This document shows, piece by piece, positions 50,241 to 64,000 of a stretch of DNA of 64,000 nucleotides (its first letter is position 1; each line of letters starts with the position of its first letter). The position numbers and the translations under genes were made by a program. This DNA comes from Felis catus. Taxonomy: Eukaryota. The notes under the pieces were generated by a model. The model had not been told where the DNA came from, did not search any database, and saw nothing but the letters and a program-made list of their open reading frames with translations. Location of the stretch: NCBI RefSeq assembly GCF_018350175.1, contig NC_058383.1, positions 8,248,001 through 8,312,000 of the forward strand, in the 5' to 3' direction.

Positions 50241-50639
50241 ACCAGACGCTGGGAGAGACCCAACCCCGTACTTGCCCTATAGGAGCAATGGTTCAACATT
50301 TGCTAATTCAGAACCATGGTGACTTTAGAGAACACAGCTAAGGAGAATTAGACATGTCTAAGTGTCTGTAACTATAATAGGTATATATCTAGAAATGTTT
50401 TTTCCTTATTACAAAAGCAAGCGCACGTTCAGTGTAGACAAGATAAAAATACCCAGAATCACGCCTCTCAAGGTAACCTTGAACCTCACTTTGGTGAAAA
50501 GCCTTCAGACCTTTTTTCCTGTGCTTTCATGTCAGTTGGACGCTTTCGATAACTTTCTTTTTCACATAAGTTACCATGAATGTTTATCCGTGTCGATAGA
50601 TAGCTTTCTGTGGCAATATTATTAGTGGCTGTAAGATTT

Positions 50640-53600
50640 GGGTATATACTTTATTAACTGAACCCCTACTACAAGATATTGAAGTTGCTCCCAAGTTTTA
50701 AATTATTGCTAACATTACTGTAAACATCTTTTTTTTTCTGAGATAAAATTTACATACTCTGAAAAGCACCACTCTTTTTTTTTTTTTAAGTTTTATTTTT
50801 ATTTATTTTAAGTGAGAAAGAGAGAGAATGAGCATGAGCGGGTGGGGACAGAGAGAGGGAGAGAGAATCCCAAGCAGGCTCCACGCTGTCAGTGCAGAGC
50901 CCGACGTGGGCCTCGATCTCACAAACCGTGAGATCATGACCTGAGCCAAAGTTGGATTCATAACCAACTGAGCCACCCAGGCGCCCCTGAAATGCACCAC
51001 TCTTTAAGTGTATGCTTTGATGAGTTTGATACATGCACACATTCCATCACCTCCTGGAAAGTTCCCACCCCTTAGCAGCCACTGTGCTGATTTCTGTCAC
51101 CATAGATCAGTTATTCAAGTACGTATTCTTGAACTTCATATACATGGAAGCATATAATATATTCTCTTGTGTGTGGTTTCTTTCAATTATTATAATGTTT
51201 TTTGAGATTTATTCATATTGTGATATGTGTATCAGTTAATTCATTTTTATTGCTGGGTATTATCCTACTGTATAAATAACCACAATTTTATTTATGTATT
51301 GTCCTGTGGATAGATCTTTGGGTTGTTTCTAGTTTTTGGCTTTAAGAATAACACTTCTGGGGCGCCTGGGTGGCTCAGTCGGTTAAGCGTCCGACTTCAG
51401 CTCGGGTCACGATCTCGCAGTCCGTGAGTTCGAGCCCCGCGTCGGGCTCTGGGCTGATGGCTCAGAGCCTGGAGCCTGTTTCCGATTCTGTGTCTCCCTC
51501 TCTCTCTGCCCCTCCCCCATTCATGCTCTGTCTCTCTCTGTCTCAAAAATAAATAAATATAAAAAAAAATTAAAAAAAAAAAGAATAACACTTATGTGAA
51601 CATTCTTGTAATATCCTTCTGTGGATATATGTCTTTATTTCCCTTGGGTAAATCCCTGCAAGTGGAATTGCAAAGTGATGTTGTACATTTAGCTTTATAG
51701 GAAAGAGCCGAACTGTTTCCCACCAGTTCCGGTTGCTCCACATTGTTGCCAACATTCGGTGCTGTCAGCCTTTTTAATTTTAGCCATTCTAATGCGTCTG
51801 AAATGGTATCTTGTTGTGATTGTAGTTTGCACTTCTCTGTTGACTAATGATGTTGAGCATCTTTTTGTATGTCTATCTGACGTACTTACCATCCATTCTT
51901 ATAGTTTCTTCTGTGAACTGTCTGTTCAGGACTTTTGCTCATTTTTAATTAGGTTGTTTAACTTCCTAAGAAATAGCCAAATGGTTTTCCAAAGAGGTTT
52001 TAATATTTTACAGTCCCATAAGCAAAGCATGTTCCAGTTGCTCCACATTCTTGCCAATATTTGATGTGTTAGTCTCTTTTGATTGTAGCTATTGTAGTGG
52101 GAATGAAATGGAACATAGTTGTAATTTCTTCTTTTTAAAGACTGCTTTGACCACTCTAGTTCCTTTGCATCTCCATAAAAACTTCACACAACTTACCAAT
52201 ATCTACAAAAAAAAGTGTTTGTTGTGATGGAGAGTAGGATTGTGATGAATTTATAGACCAATTTGGGGAGAAGGGGTACCTTAATAATGAGTCTCCTCAT
52301 TCATGAACATGGTATAGCTTTTCATTTATTTAGGTCTTTAATTTTCAGCTTGTAGAGTAGAGGTATTCCTTGTTGCTTATTAAGTTTATTTCTAAGTATT
52401 TTGTATTTTTTGTGCTTTTTTAAAAAAAAAATGGGATTGCTTTAGGGGCACCTGAGTGGCTCACTTGGTGTAATGTCCAACTCTTTATTTTGGCTCAGGT
52501 CATGCATTGGGCTCCACACTGAGCATGGGGCCTACTTAAGATTCTCTCTCTTTTTCCTGTGCCCCTCTGCCTTGCTCACACTGTCTTTCTTCTAAAGAAA
52601 AATGGGATTGCTGTTTAAATTTTCATTTCGTAATTGTTTTCCTGCTAATATATAGAAATATATTTGATTTTTAATATTGACTCGGTATCTAAAAACCAGG
52701 CTAAATTCATTTATTAGTTCTATAGCTTATTTATGGATTTCTTTGGGTTTTCTGTGTAATCTATTATGTCCTTTGTGGATAAAGATATGTTTGCTTCTTC
52801 CTCTCAAATATTAATGCATTTTGTTTTATTTTTCTTGCTTTATTGGACTGGCTAGAACTTTTGGTAAGATGTTAAACAGAAGTGGTGAGAACAGATATAG
52901 TTGCCTTGTTTCTGATCACGGTGGGGTAAGTTCTCCATTTCAGTATGAAGTATGCTGTCCACAGTAGATTTTTTCATATATGCCATGTATCAGTTGAGAA
53001 CAGTCACTTTTAGTCTAACTTTGTTGAGACTATTCATCAGGAAGAGGTGCTGAATCTTGTCAAATGCTTTTTCTTCATCTATACTGGGGTGATCATTTTT
53101 AAAATTCCTTTATTTTGTTAATGTGGCAAATTACATTGACTTGGAATACTAAATCGACCCTTTGTTCTTGGGAATAATGTTATTATTACTGGGATCAACC
53201 ATATTTGGATGCACTATTCATTTTCATATTCCTGTATTTGATATTTCTCTGTAATTTTCTTTCCTTATAATGTCTGTCAGTGTTTTGGTTATGAGGATTA
53301 TGCTGTTCTCGTAAAAAGAATTGGGACGTTTCCCCTCCTCCTGTATTTTCTAAAAGCATTTTCTTGTGAAGCTGATACTACTTTTTCCTTAAATGGTGAA
53401 TAGAATTCAACATTTACATTACATGTGGACCTGTAAGTTTCTTTGTAGGGAAGGTTTTGATAACAAATTTGTTTTCTTTGATAGACATAGAGCTATCCAG
53501 GTGTTCTGTTTGTTTTTTTTTAATGTTTATTTATTTAGGGGAGAGAGGGGATGGAGGAGCAGAGAGAGAGGGAGATACAGAATCTGAAGCAGGCTCCAGG

Positions 53601-54914
53601 CTCTGAGCTGTCAGCACAGAGCCTGACGCGGGACTCGAACTCACGAACCGTGAGATCGTGACGTGAGCTGAAGTCAGACGCTTAACCGACTGAGCCCCCC
53701 AGACGCCCCAAACAGGTTATCTTTTTAACAGGTGAAGGGAGGAAAAAAATCTTCTGTTTATCCTAAGTTATCATTTCTAGTGATGTTTGTTTCTCCCAGA
53801 GCTCTGAGGTTCCATCTGGTATCCCTTTTCCTCAGCCCCAGGAAGTTCTTTCAGTATTTCTTGTCTTGCAGGTCTGCTTGTCGTGAATTCTCTCTACTTA
53901 AATATATTTTTTCGATACCTATTTTGCCTTAATTTATTTTTAATAATCAATGACTTAATTGACTGCCAAAATACACATAACATAAAATTTACCGTTTTAG
54001 CCATTTTAAAGAATATAATTAATTCAGTGATTGTAAGTATGTTCACAGGTTCACCATCACCACTGTCTAGTTCCAGAACTTTTTTATCCCTCCAAAGGGA
54101 AACCCTATGCCTCTTAAGCAGCCATTCGTCATTCCCCTCTTCCTTTAGCCCTTGGCAACCGCAAATCTGCCTTCTGTCTCTATTGATTTCCCTGTTCTGG
54201 ATATTTCATATCAATAGAATCATGCAATATGTGGCCTTTTGAGTCTGACTTCTTGTACTTAGCATGATGCTTTGAAGCTTCATCCAAATTGTGGGCTATA
54301 TCCAAATCATGAATAATATTCCATTATATGGCTAGACCACATTTTGTTTATTCATTCGTCAGTTGATGGACATTTGGGCTGTTTCCACCTTTTGGCTGTT
54401 GTGAATAAGGCTGCTGTGAACATTCATGTACAAGTTCTGTTTGAACACCTGTTTTCGATTCTTTTTGCTATATACTTAGGATTGGTATTTCTGAGTCATA
54501 TGGTAATTCTGTGTTAAACTTGCTGGGAGTGGCAAAACTTTTCTCATAGTGGCTATCCCATTTTATGTTCCCATTCCGTTGTACAAGGGTTATAATTTCT
54601 TCACGTCATCTCCAATCCTTCAGTGGTTGAATAATATTTTCATTGAGTTCATAATTCTGGGTCGATGATTTTTTTCTTTCAGTGCTTTAGACAGACTGGT
54701 TATTCCATTGTCGTTTGGCATCCATTGTTTCTGGTGAGACGTCTGTTGTATTCATTTTGTTGTTTCTTTTCTGGAATGTGTCTTTTTCCCCCCTCTGGTG
54801 GTTTGTAAGATTTTTCTTTATCCTTGTCTTTTAGCAGTCTATGATGTTATCAGGTAAGATTTTCTTAATTCTGTTTGGGCTTCTTTGAGCATCTTGGATC
54901 TATAAGCCAATGAG

Positions 54915-54959
<45 letters not shown>

Positions 54960-56700
54960 GTTTTAACCAAATCAGGAAAATTTTGTTCATTTTTTGAAGT
55001 ATTTTTTTCTCCCATTTTCTCTTCTCCTCTGGGGATTTCTCAGATGTTAGATTTCTTGATATTGTCACTGAGATTTTGTTTTTTCCCTCTTCTTCAGTCT
55101 AGATAATTTCTTTTTTCTTTTTCTTGTTTTATTTATTTATTTTTATTTATTTATTTATTTGAGACAAAGAGAGAACACGTACAAACATCGGAGGCACAGA
55201 GGGAGAGGGAGAGGGAGAGAGAGAATCCTAAGAGAATCTTAATCCAGTGCAGGGCTCAGTTCCACAAACGTGAGATCATGACCTGAGCCAAAATCAAGGG
55301 TTGGGTGCTCAACAGACCGAGCCACCCAGGCACCCCCAGTCTAGATAGTTTCTATTGATCTGTTCTCACGTTCATTGACTCTTCTGATGTCCGCAATCTT
55401 CTGTTCAGTCCATTTCAGACACTGTCTTTTTCAGTTCTAGAATGTCCATTTCTGTGTCTGTGTGGTTTATAGTCCCCTGATAAGATTTCTCCATCCATTC
55501 ACTTATTATGATCATAATTTATTTTATAAAATAGAATTTCTAGATAATAACTACTTTTGAAGTCATTTGTCTTCTATTTCCAAATCTGGGTCATTTTAGG
55601 ATTTGTTTATATTGACCCTTTCCCTTGGACTTGGGTCACAACTGCCCCTGTCATTCTTTCCGCATTAATAACTTTTGCTTATATATTGGACAGTTTGAAT
55701 GATATGTGGTAGTGATTCCAGTTTCCTTGAAGAATGTTGATTTTTGTTCTAGCAAGCAGTGAAATTACTTTAAATTTGTGAGGCCTCGGTTTTTACACTT
55801 CATCGGGTGGATATGTAAACCCCTTAGACCTGGAATATAGTTTTTAGTCCTCAGGTTTGGCCTTTCTGTGGTTTCAAAGGCAAGCCCGAGGTGGAGATAC
55901 TCAAGCTCCAAATGTGGAGAGACACACGCGCTAAATCATCGCCCTTTTCTTGGGCAGAGGCTGATATCTCTGCTCAGCTTTTGTAACCTTCCCACTGTTG
56001 TTTTCTGCTCAGCTCCTTGGAATCTCCCCTACACACACATGCACAATTCAGGGGTCAGCCAAGGACTTCAGGGGAGTTCGTACACAGAGTTTGGGGCTCT
56101 CTGCTCTATTAGCTTGTTTCTTATTAGATTTCTTCCTTCACTTTCCACGTCCTCTGGCAGCCTTAAGCCTAAACAACTGCAGGTTTTGACTTAGGTTCCG
56201 GCCGCCCTACACCGCCTGAACTGAATCTTTCCCTCGGGGGGAAAAGCCATGTAATGTAGCAAGTTCTGTTTTCTTTTTTGCAACGGTTGACTTCCTTCAG
56301 TTTCTGCTGGACTTTTGTTGCTCTCTAGGGTTTTCAAATAATTGTTTAAAAAATTATCTAGACTTTATGATCTTTTTTTAAATGTTTATTTATTTTTGAG
56401 AGAGACAGAGCGTGAGCAGAGGAGGGGCAGAGAGAGAGAGAGAGGGAGACACAGGATCTAAGCAGGCTCCAGGCTCTGAGCCATTAGCACAGAGCCCGAC
56501 TCAGGTCTCGAACCCACGGACCGTGAAATCATGACCTGAGCCGAGTCAGACGCTCAACCGACTGAGCCCCCCAGGCACCCCGAGACCCTGTAATCTTTAC
56601 CTATAGTTAGTCTGATACAAGCTCCTCCACCAGAAACAGAACAGACACTTTGTGACCATCTTTGCAGTTAAATCGGCGTCAACACCTTTAATAATTTCTT
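50640..56700 (-). mobile_element. Composite of old L1 fragments with six CAN-SINEs (including the TSD-flanked +51359-51580) and (TG)n at 54916-54958
   Basis: Minus-strand translations (KRCSTSLVNREVQ…RYHF…IRMAKIKK) resemble L1 ORF2. AT-rich block. Confidence 0.85.
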
Positions 56701-57164
56701 TAGGATCAATCCCTGTGCAGAACTGTTGGGTATACATGAGGGGCATAGGTCAAGGCTTTGAATCATACTGCCAAATTAGCCCCTGGAAAGGTTGCTGATT
56801 ACTCTGTTGCGGACAGACTTGAGAGATTCTGGGTGTGGGGGCAGAAAGTATTTTCACCATCTGTGTCTCCTTGTGGTGGCCAGCATAGTGCCTGCCCTTT
56901 AGTTGGGATTCTGGCAGGGCTGTTGACTGATTCTGCACCTGGACATGATCTGGGACATGATCAAAGGAGTCCGCATTAAGCACGGGATACAGTACCATTG
57001 CTTTACCCCCAGATTTAATTTAAAAAGTAGTTCCTTAACCTACATTCCGCCAGGAGATATCCCTCCACTTAGCTCAATTGGCTGGAAGCAGAGGTGACTT
57101 CATCACCTTTGTCAACATCATATCATCACATCATTATTTCTCACCTTTGAAATGGTACTTCACG

Positions 57165-57637
57165 CTTTTTGTTTTTAATGTTTATTTATTGTTGAGACAG
57201 AGAGAGACCAAGCACGAGCAGGGGAGGTTCAGAGAGGGAGGGAGACACAGAATCCGAAGCAGGCTCCAGGCTCCGAGCGGTCAGCACAGAGCCCGATGTG
57301 GGGCTCCAGCTCACGAGCTGTGAGATCATGACCTGAGCCAAAGTTGGACACTTAACTGACTGAGCCACCCAGGCACCCCTACACTTGATTTTTTTATTTT
57401 TTATTAATTTTGATTTATTTAGTTTTTTAATGTTTATTTATTTTTGAGACGGAGAGAGACAGAGCGTGAGTGGAGGAAGGGCAGACAGAGAGGGAGACAC
57501 AGAATCCGAAGCAGGCTCCAAGCGCTGAGCTGTCGGCACGGAGCCCGATGTGGGGCTCGAACCCATGAACCGTGAGATCATGACCTGAGCTGAAACCAAG
57601 AGTCGGACACTTAACCAACTGAGCCACCCAGGTGCCC
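57165..57637 (-). mobile_element. Two nested, tandem CAN-SINEs
   Basis: SINE motifs. tggtacttca flanks the pair. Confidence 0.9.
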
Positions 57638-57699
57638 TGGTACTTCATACTTTAGAAAGGGCTTTCAGTCATGCTGTTCTATTTTTCTATGGTATAGAT

Positions 57700-58010
57700 G
57701 CCGATATAGACAATGTAGGTGTCTCCCCTCCCAAATTTGTATGTTGAAACCTATTCCCCGATGTGATAGTGTTAAGAGGAGGCCTTTGGGGGTGATTAGG
57801 TCATAAAAGAGGCCGCAGAGAATATTCTTCCCCCTTCTACCACGTGAGGAGGCACCGAACCAGGAAGCTAGCCCTCACTAAACCCTAGATCTGCCGACAC
57901 CTTGATACTGGACTTCCCAGCCTCCGGAACAGCGAGAGGCAAATGCTTGTCGTTTATGAGCCCCCTGGTATATGGCACTTGGTTGTAGCGGCCCACACAG
58001 ACTGCGACAG
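57700..58010 (+). mobile_element. MLT1A-like solo LTR (internally deleted)
   Basis: cccaaatttgtatgttgaaacc…ctttgggggtgattaggtcat…ggacttcccagcctccggaac. Confidence 0.8.
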
Positions 58011-58819
58011 ATGCAGAAGCTGAGGCTCAGAGATGTGAAGAGTCTTGGCCAAGGTCATCCAGCTGAGAAGTGGCTGACGCAGAACTGGAACCTGAGTCTT
58101 CCGTTCCTGCAGAAGTGCTCTTCACTGTTAGCCACCGGGACCTTTGAGGTCTTGGGAAATCCTACTCAGAGTTTTCCCAGCGCCAAGGAACAGGTCAAGG
58201 TCAGCAGGACTCTTGGGCGGCTTCTTTCCAAAATACCTAAGCGGCCCGGTTCCCGGCGTTTTCGGGCCCAGATCTTACTCGGTGTCGTGGAGGAGTTGAT
58301 AGACTCGACCATCAGGAGATATGTTTAACGCAAGCAGGGGGAGTTTTCCCTTTTGTTTTGCTTTGTTTGTTTCAGCTGGAATCCTAGCCAGGACAGGAAA
58401 TGAAGTCCCTGCGCTTCCATACGGGCAAGGGCAGGCCCGGGACGAGGTGGCTTAGCAAGTGCATGCGAGCGTCGAGCTGATTGATTTGAGTCCAAGGTGG
58501 TGCTGACATTTCACCCCTGGCTTGAGCTCTGTGTGTGGGCGTGTTTGTGTTTTGAATGGCTGAGCGTTCAAAGCCGGGAGGCGTTCTCTTGGGATGAGGC
58601 TGCTGCCTCCTGGCCGGTCTGCAGAGCTCAGCATTTTAGGGAAACGATTCTCAGTGCATCTGATGGTGTTTCCGAGACTTGCCTGCCATGGCTGTCATTG
58701 AAGGGAGGGGCAAGCAGGTAGGGCCGTGCATTCAAATTAGCTGAGGACCTGGAAGGTTCCAGGCACCGCGTGCTAGATGCTTGGGTCACACTGCTGGAAA
58801 GGGGACTTGGGGAGCTCCC

Positions 58820-58821
<2 letters not shown>

Positions 58822-58860
<39 letters not shown>
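58822..58860. repeat. (GT)n microsatellite
   Basis: Read directly from the sequence. Confidence 0.95.
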
Positions 58861-58863
<3 letters not shown>

Positions 58864-59044
58864 GGGCCAGAGAAGTAGGCAAATAACCCCAGTGCTGTGA
58901 AATGAGGGCTTTGCTAAGGTGTGTTTGATTTGTGGTGGGACTCATGGAAGGTAAGCATTAGGGAGGGGTCTTCCTCAAGCTCAAGGCCTGGCCCTCTGGA
59001 TCCAACTTGGCTCACTCTCTCAGGACTCCACTCTGCTGGGAGCT

Positions 59045-59094
59045 TCTCTCTCTCTCTCTCTCTATCTATCTCTCTCTCTCTCTCTCTCTCTCTC
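59045..59094. repeat. Interrupted (CT)n microsatellite
   Basis: Read directly from the sequence. Confidence 0.9.
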
Positions 59095-62000
59095 GGATGG
59101 TCCGTCTCTCTCACCCACGGGTTCCTTCCCCATCAGCACATGAACACATCAGGCGTGTCTTATCTTTAAGAGAACAATCTCGTTGAATCTGCATCATCCT
59201 TCAGTCACCACCCGGTCTTGAGCTTCCTTTCTTGGCCAAGCTTTTTGGAAGATCATGTGTGTGAGATGTAAGGTTCAGCCGGTGGATGTACCATTGTCCC
59301 CATGGTATAGGTGAGTGAGTAACTGAGGCTTAGGGAAATGTTGATTTTTATGCCAGGCCCTGCTGGAGCCCACGGGAGAGATGGAAGCCGAGTGACAGGA
59401 AAAGGAAGGTGCCATGGCCATTGCTGGCTGAGCTGGAGAGAACATTCCACGGGGCCTGACCCCTCAGTCGCTTCTAACACCTGCCTCGTCCCGGCATCTT
59501 TGGTAAACTTTAGCCTGGTTGGGAGGACGAGCTGAGGGCCTGTTCCGTTCAACATCCGCGCTTGTTCTCAGCTTCAGCCCACAGCGCGGCCTCTCCGGTG
59601 AGATTCTGGGCTCTCTGACACGCCGTCCCAGCCTGGAGTGGTTCCAGCCGTCGGGATGGGTTTTTGTTGCCAGACAAGCGTCTTTCCGCACCTCCCATCA
59701 TGCTGTGTGGGGCTGTAAATATCCACAGATGTCACCTGCCTCTTCTTTTTCTGGAAGGCGCTTGCACGGGGACTGGCCCAGGTCACAGGCGCATCATTCG
59801 GCTGCCGGGCTGTCTGCACATCCAGAGGGCTCTCAGCACTTACCTTGGCGGCTTCTTCTTCGCCCGTGGGCATTTCACAGGGGGCGGCAGGAGCCAGAGT
59901 GGTGCCTCAGGAGATGATTGCAAAGCTCGTGAGTTTTCTGAGATTCTTCTGAGACCCACGACCTTAATGGAGTCCTTTTCCGAAAAGAGGGGTCCAAGCC
60001 TCTCAGAGGTCAAGGACAGCCCACAACCAACAAGCCAGAAGTGGGCTCATTGGACCAGGCATTTCTGGGCTAACGCCTGCTCCTATTCTGATCCTAAGCT
60101 CAGTGTTTTCTAGAAAGGGAGCTTGTGGGGAAAAGCTCCCACTCCCACCCATCGTGGCCTGAGGAGATCAAGTCAGGCCACGTGGCCAAAATCATGTGAA
60201 TACAGAGACCGGGGAGGCCAGAGAGCTGTCAAGGTTTGGGTTCCCCAGGACGCAGGCTCTGGAAGGCAGACGTGTGGGAGGAGGTCTACTAGGGGTACGT
60301 TGAGGGTCAAGACCTGTTATGGAAAGGGAAACAGGGTGGATGGAACAGCATGAGATTTGGGGCTGCAGTGAAGGCCCCAGCCCACCCCATGGGAGCTCTG
60401 AGGTGGGATGACCCTTGTTCCAGAGGAAGAGTCGAGGGCCAAGTGGTTGGGCCTTCATAGCCTTGAGTTAGCTGACGATTGGATGTGGCTGCCCAGAAAG
60501 GGTCATGACCTTGGGTGAGGACACTGTCTTCACTGAGGCAGTTCCTCCCGAAGGGGCTGACAGTGGCGAGCTGCCAGCCCAAAGCTTCCCGGAAGCAGCT
60601 AAGGGTGAACCCTGAGTCTTGACCCCTGAGGCTGCCTGGCCGGCATAGCCTCCACAGTGAGGGTCTTAGCTGCTACTTGACTGTACCTTGTGTTGTCGTC
60701 CATATGACAGGTCACAGAATTCGTGATCCAGTAGATGGGCAGAACTGAGTTCCAATCCCGATTCCTTTGCTTCCTTTCGGCTTCAGGTGACCCTTGGAAA
60801 GTTGCTTGAACATTGAGCGTTAGCTCTCATGCCTACAAAACAGGCCAAAGCCTGCTACCTCGCAGGGGTGTGGTGGAGACAGGCACAACGCGCCCTCCCT
60901 GCTCAGGAAGTGGTAGCTATATTGCCTAGTGTCCAGGGGGGAGAAGTAGATGGGGACAGGAGAACGCAAGTTCCAGCCGAACAGCAGACAGTTCGTTCTC
61001 ACCATCCAAAGTGGGGTAGCAAAAAGTCGGGGCGGGCCTCTCGGAGGAACTTGAGGGCTCTGGGGGAGATCCTGTCCCCGTCAGTTTTGAGACATCACGC
61101 TTTCTGCAGCGCCTCCCTGTGGTCTGTATCTGCACCCCCCCCCCCCAACTCGGAAACAACGAGGCTGGTCTGGCGGCTCCTGGGATGGCAGGGCAGGGCC
61201 TGATGACCCCAAGGGTGGCGTGGATTAGGAGGGCAAAGGGGACTCAGGGGATGCCATGGAACATTCTAGATCTTTCTGGTCTCCTCCCCTTGCATCGGGA
61301 GCTTCGCTGGGACCAGACACACACAGAGGAGCGTTTCTACCTGCAGAGCTGATACAGTGGTGACTCTGAGGGTGCTGGTGGTCTCGAGGGGGTTCAGTCC
61401 CAGGAGACCCTCATTCTGTAGCTTCTGGTGCTTTTCCAGCCCCAGCCTCCCTGGCAGGTGGCAGAGGGTTTGCTGAGTCTTTGCCTCCAGCCCTCGACCA
61501 CCGAGGTGACATCTCAAGGCTGACAGTGGAATGTGGGCAGGGGCTGGATGGCCTGGTGGGTCTCCCCAGATCCCCCTGCCTCCAGAGAGGCTGTGGTCGC
61601 AGCCCCCACCCAGAGGTACCTGGGTCCTTATGTCCTGGGTGAGTGCTTCCGTTTTTTTTCAGACAGCCGCTTCTGTACCTCCTCGGAGCCTCACCCCGAG
61701 CCTCGTGCCTGCGTGTAGGTCTGCTGAGTGCCCTCCCCCGTCGTACAGTGTCTCTGCTCTCTCTTGCTCAAGGGACTCAGTTTCCCCAGTCCTTTTCCAG
61801 ACCAGACAGGCCCCTGGGGCCTCCAACCTTGCCATCCCTTCCCAGTTCTCCCGGCCTGGAGCGCTGGTGCGTGAACTATACCCGGACCGGCGCGGGGCTT
61901 CAGTCTGTACCCGATTTGCCGTCGGGGCTCCGTTCAAACATTTTCCTTCCAATGCCACGTGACTGACTAAAGCCAGCCTGGGGGCCACTGGGAGCCCAGA

Positions 62001-62529
62001 ATGTTCTCTCTTCCCTCCCCCGCCACCGCCCCGCCTTTAACAGAGTCGCAGCCCCTCGGCCCTGGGCTGGTGGAAGGGGAGGGGAGAGCTCCAGCTTTGC
62101 CGGCCAGCCAGCACACCGGCCCCTCGACATCCTGTGCAGAGTATGGAGAAGTGCGTGGTGGTAACATGAGGCCTGAGGCCCCTTCCCATGTAACCGGAAA
62201 CCCGTGGACAGAGTGTGGTGGATTTACACGCAGGACACGCAGAACGGAGACCGGAATCTCACCTCCCCGAGGGCTCCCACGTGGCCTCCCGGAGTGCGAG
62301 CATGAGCCAGGCCAGCTGGCTCAGGGCAGGGGCACCGTGCGGCACCACACAGGGGCGCTGGCTTTCCGCCCAGCTGACCACCCTCCTCCTTCCCGTTGTC
62401 ATGTTTTGCCGGCGGTGGCTCCATTTTCCAGCTAGAGCTCCCAGCACTGGGATCCGGGCGTGGCTGGTGAATCCTTCTCTGTACCCCTTGCCTGCCAGGA
62501 CGTTGGAAAGACCAAGGACTTCAACCCGG

Positions 62530-62720
62530 GCGAAGGGTTGAAATCCCGCTTCCCCGTACCTGTTCTGTAGGCAAGTCACTTCCTCTGTCTGAACCTCAGT
62601 GTCCTCCTCTGTGAAGTGGGCACGGTGTGTACTGTCTCGTGTTGTACATCAAATGAAGTGAATAACAAGTACCTGGTGTGACGACAGTCCGTGGCACACA
62701 GTAGGTCCTTAACGCGTGGT
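62530..62720. mobile_element. MIR
   Basis: ggcaagtcacttcctctgtctgaacctcagtgtcctcctctgtgaagtggg…tggcacacagtagg. Confidence 0.7.
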
Positions 62721-62866
62721 TCTCGTGACTGTTAATTTGCTCCTTACTTGCCCCGTGCTAAGCACAATGGTATTGGAAACACACATTGACTGATTTTGGT
62801 GTCTTCCTTTCTAGAATATGGATGCTTAGGACCAAAATGAATTGTAAAACTGAGGTTATGTCCTGG

Positions 62867-62867
<1 letters not shown>

Positions 62868-62924
<57 letters not shown>

Positions 62925-62951
62925 CAGAGAGACAGAGAGACAGAGAGACAG
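62868..62951. repeat. Compound (TG)n(AG)n microsatellite
   Basis: Read directly from the sequence. Confidence 0.95.
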
Positions 62952-64000
62952 AAGATATAGTTTATCTCTACTTTTTTTTTTTTTTTTTGATCATGACTAG
63001 GGTGTGAGTACCACATAGGACTTAGGCCCCTAGGTTCAGGGGGCACGAGGGGCCACAAAAGTGGGCTATCCCTGGCTTCTGGTGAGCCTGAGCAGCCCTG
63101 ACTGGCAGAGGGCATCAGGAGCCCCGGGCCCGAGGGCCAAGGTGAGTGACCTTGCCTGCGAAGGTTCTCTCGGGGATTTGAAGCTGGGGTCAGACTCCCC
63201 TTTGAGGCGGCCGATCAGCACCAGAGATGCTGTGAGTGGGATCTGGGGGGCGGCAGGTGGTAGGGACAGAGCCTGGGGCGGGTGTGAGGCCAAAAGTCGC
63301 GGCTGTTTCCGCCCGCATAAGTCCCTTACCTGTTGGCTTCTCCTCTGGAAATGGGGTTCTAGTAACGTTTCTGCTGGAGAGGGGTGCCTTTGTGGTGTGC
63401 AAGCCCGCGGCTCGCGCTCCCCTCAGCGGGGCTCCCGGCTGCCTCAGAGCAAGGCCGTGTAACGACCCTGAGCTCTGGTTATTGTAAACTTGCCGCAGAA
63501 GGAGGCACACCTTCCCATGATGTCATGTCTAGACGCCCGGGTCAGGTATAAATTATGGAGACAAAGTAGCATGTTCAGTGGTTAACTGTAAAACTTTAAC
63601 GAGAGGTTTCTGTGGCTCGAACATGTGTGGGGAAGGCTGTTCTGGGAGGAGGAGGAGAGGTGGCTCACTTCGTGTTTCACTTCCTCTCCGGCCGTCTGCA
63701 GGCCGTGAGGCAAGGCCCTTAAGCCTCAGCAGAGACCCTGGTCTCGGGTGGCCACTTCCTCCAGAGCGGGAGCTCCGCCCTGCTGAGCCGGGTGGACCTT
63801 GGGCAGGTCACAGCCTCACAGGGCCTCAGTGTCTTTATCTGTAAAATGGGGGCAGGGGATAGAATCTTCCAGCACAAATATCTCCACGCCCCGATCCTCT
63901 ACGACCTGGCAGAGGAGATCAGTAGACACGCACGTCGAGCAGAAGGAATGCCTTTCTGGGTTTCAGACCTACCTCCTGGGGCTGTGGGGCTGTGGAATGT

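Larger units (their letters stand above)
1..64000 (+). other. COL26A1: Whole window inferred to lie within the COL26A1 transcription unit, with the first exon upstream and later exons downstream
   Basis: No signal-peptide exon was seen before 21587. No next exon (ECMNC...) or Gly-X-Y collagen exon was seen after 48171. Confidence 0.8.

Noticed and set aside
50348..50361. 14-bp palindrome TTAGACATGTCTAA containing a p53 half-site
   Set aside because: Only one half-site, with no adjacent second decamer.
303..57648. Many similar short ORFs (MAQSVKRPTSAQVMISR…, …GRGRERGRHRIGNRLQALSHQ…) that look like a repeated gene family
   Set aside because: They are translations of CAN-SINE sequence on either strand, not genes.
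63527..63552. GTCTAGAC SMAD palindrome followed by TATAAA
   Set aside because: A single 8-mer is expected about once per window of this size by chance, and there is no other promoter evidence.

Overview
This is a mammalian, almost certainly felid, genomic window; the evidence is roughly 50 tRNA-derived CAN-SINEs, including young feline SINEC_Fc-type copies. It lies inside the + strand gene COL26A1 (EMID2, collagen XXVI alpha 1). Only two coding exons are present: 21587-21709 (123 nt) and 48068-48171 (104 nt). Together they encode the cysteine-rich EMI domain. The rest is intronic: CAN-SINEs, old L1, L2 and MIR fragments, MaLR/ERVL solo LTRs, microsatellites and one GC-box minisatellite. Nearly all ORF-track entries are spurious. 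I found no evidence of a new multi-gene biological system. The most notable observations are: (1) a probable ~1 kb SINE-mediated inversion at ~41.8-43.0 kb that splits an L1; (2) a ~475 bp tandem duplication with a chimeric SINE, inside a seven-SINE nest; (3) an in-frame tandem splice acceptor at exon 3 that would add or remove Ser-Tyr; (4) serial SINE insertion at one target site; and (5) closely spaced inverted SINE pairs. Repeat boundaries and subfamily names were judged by eye and are approximate.
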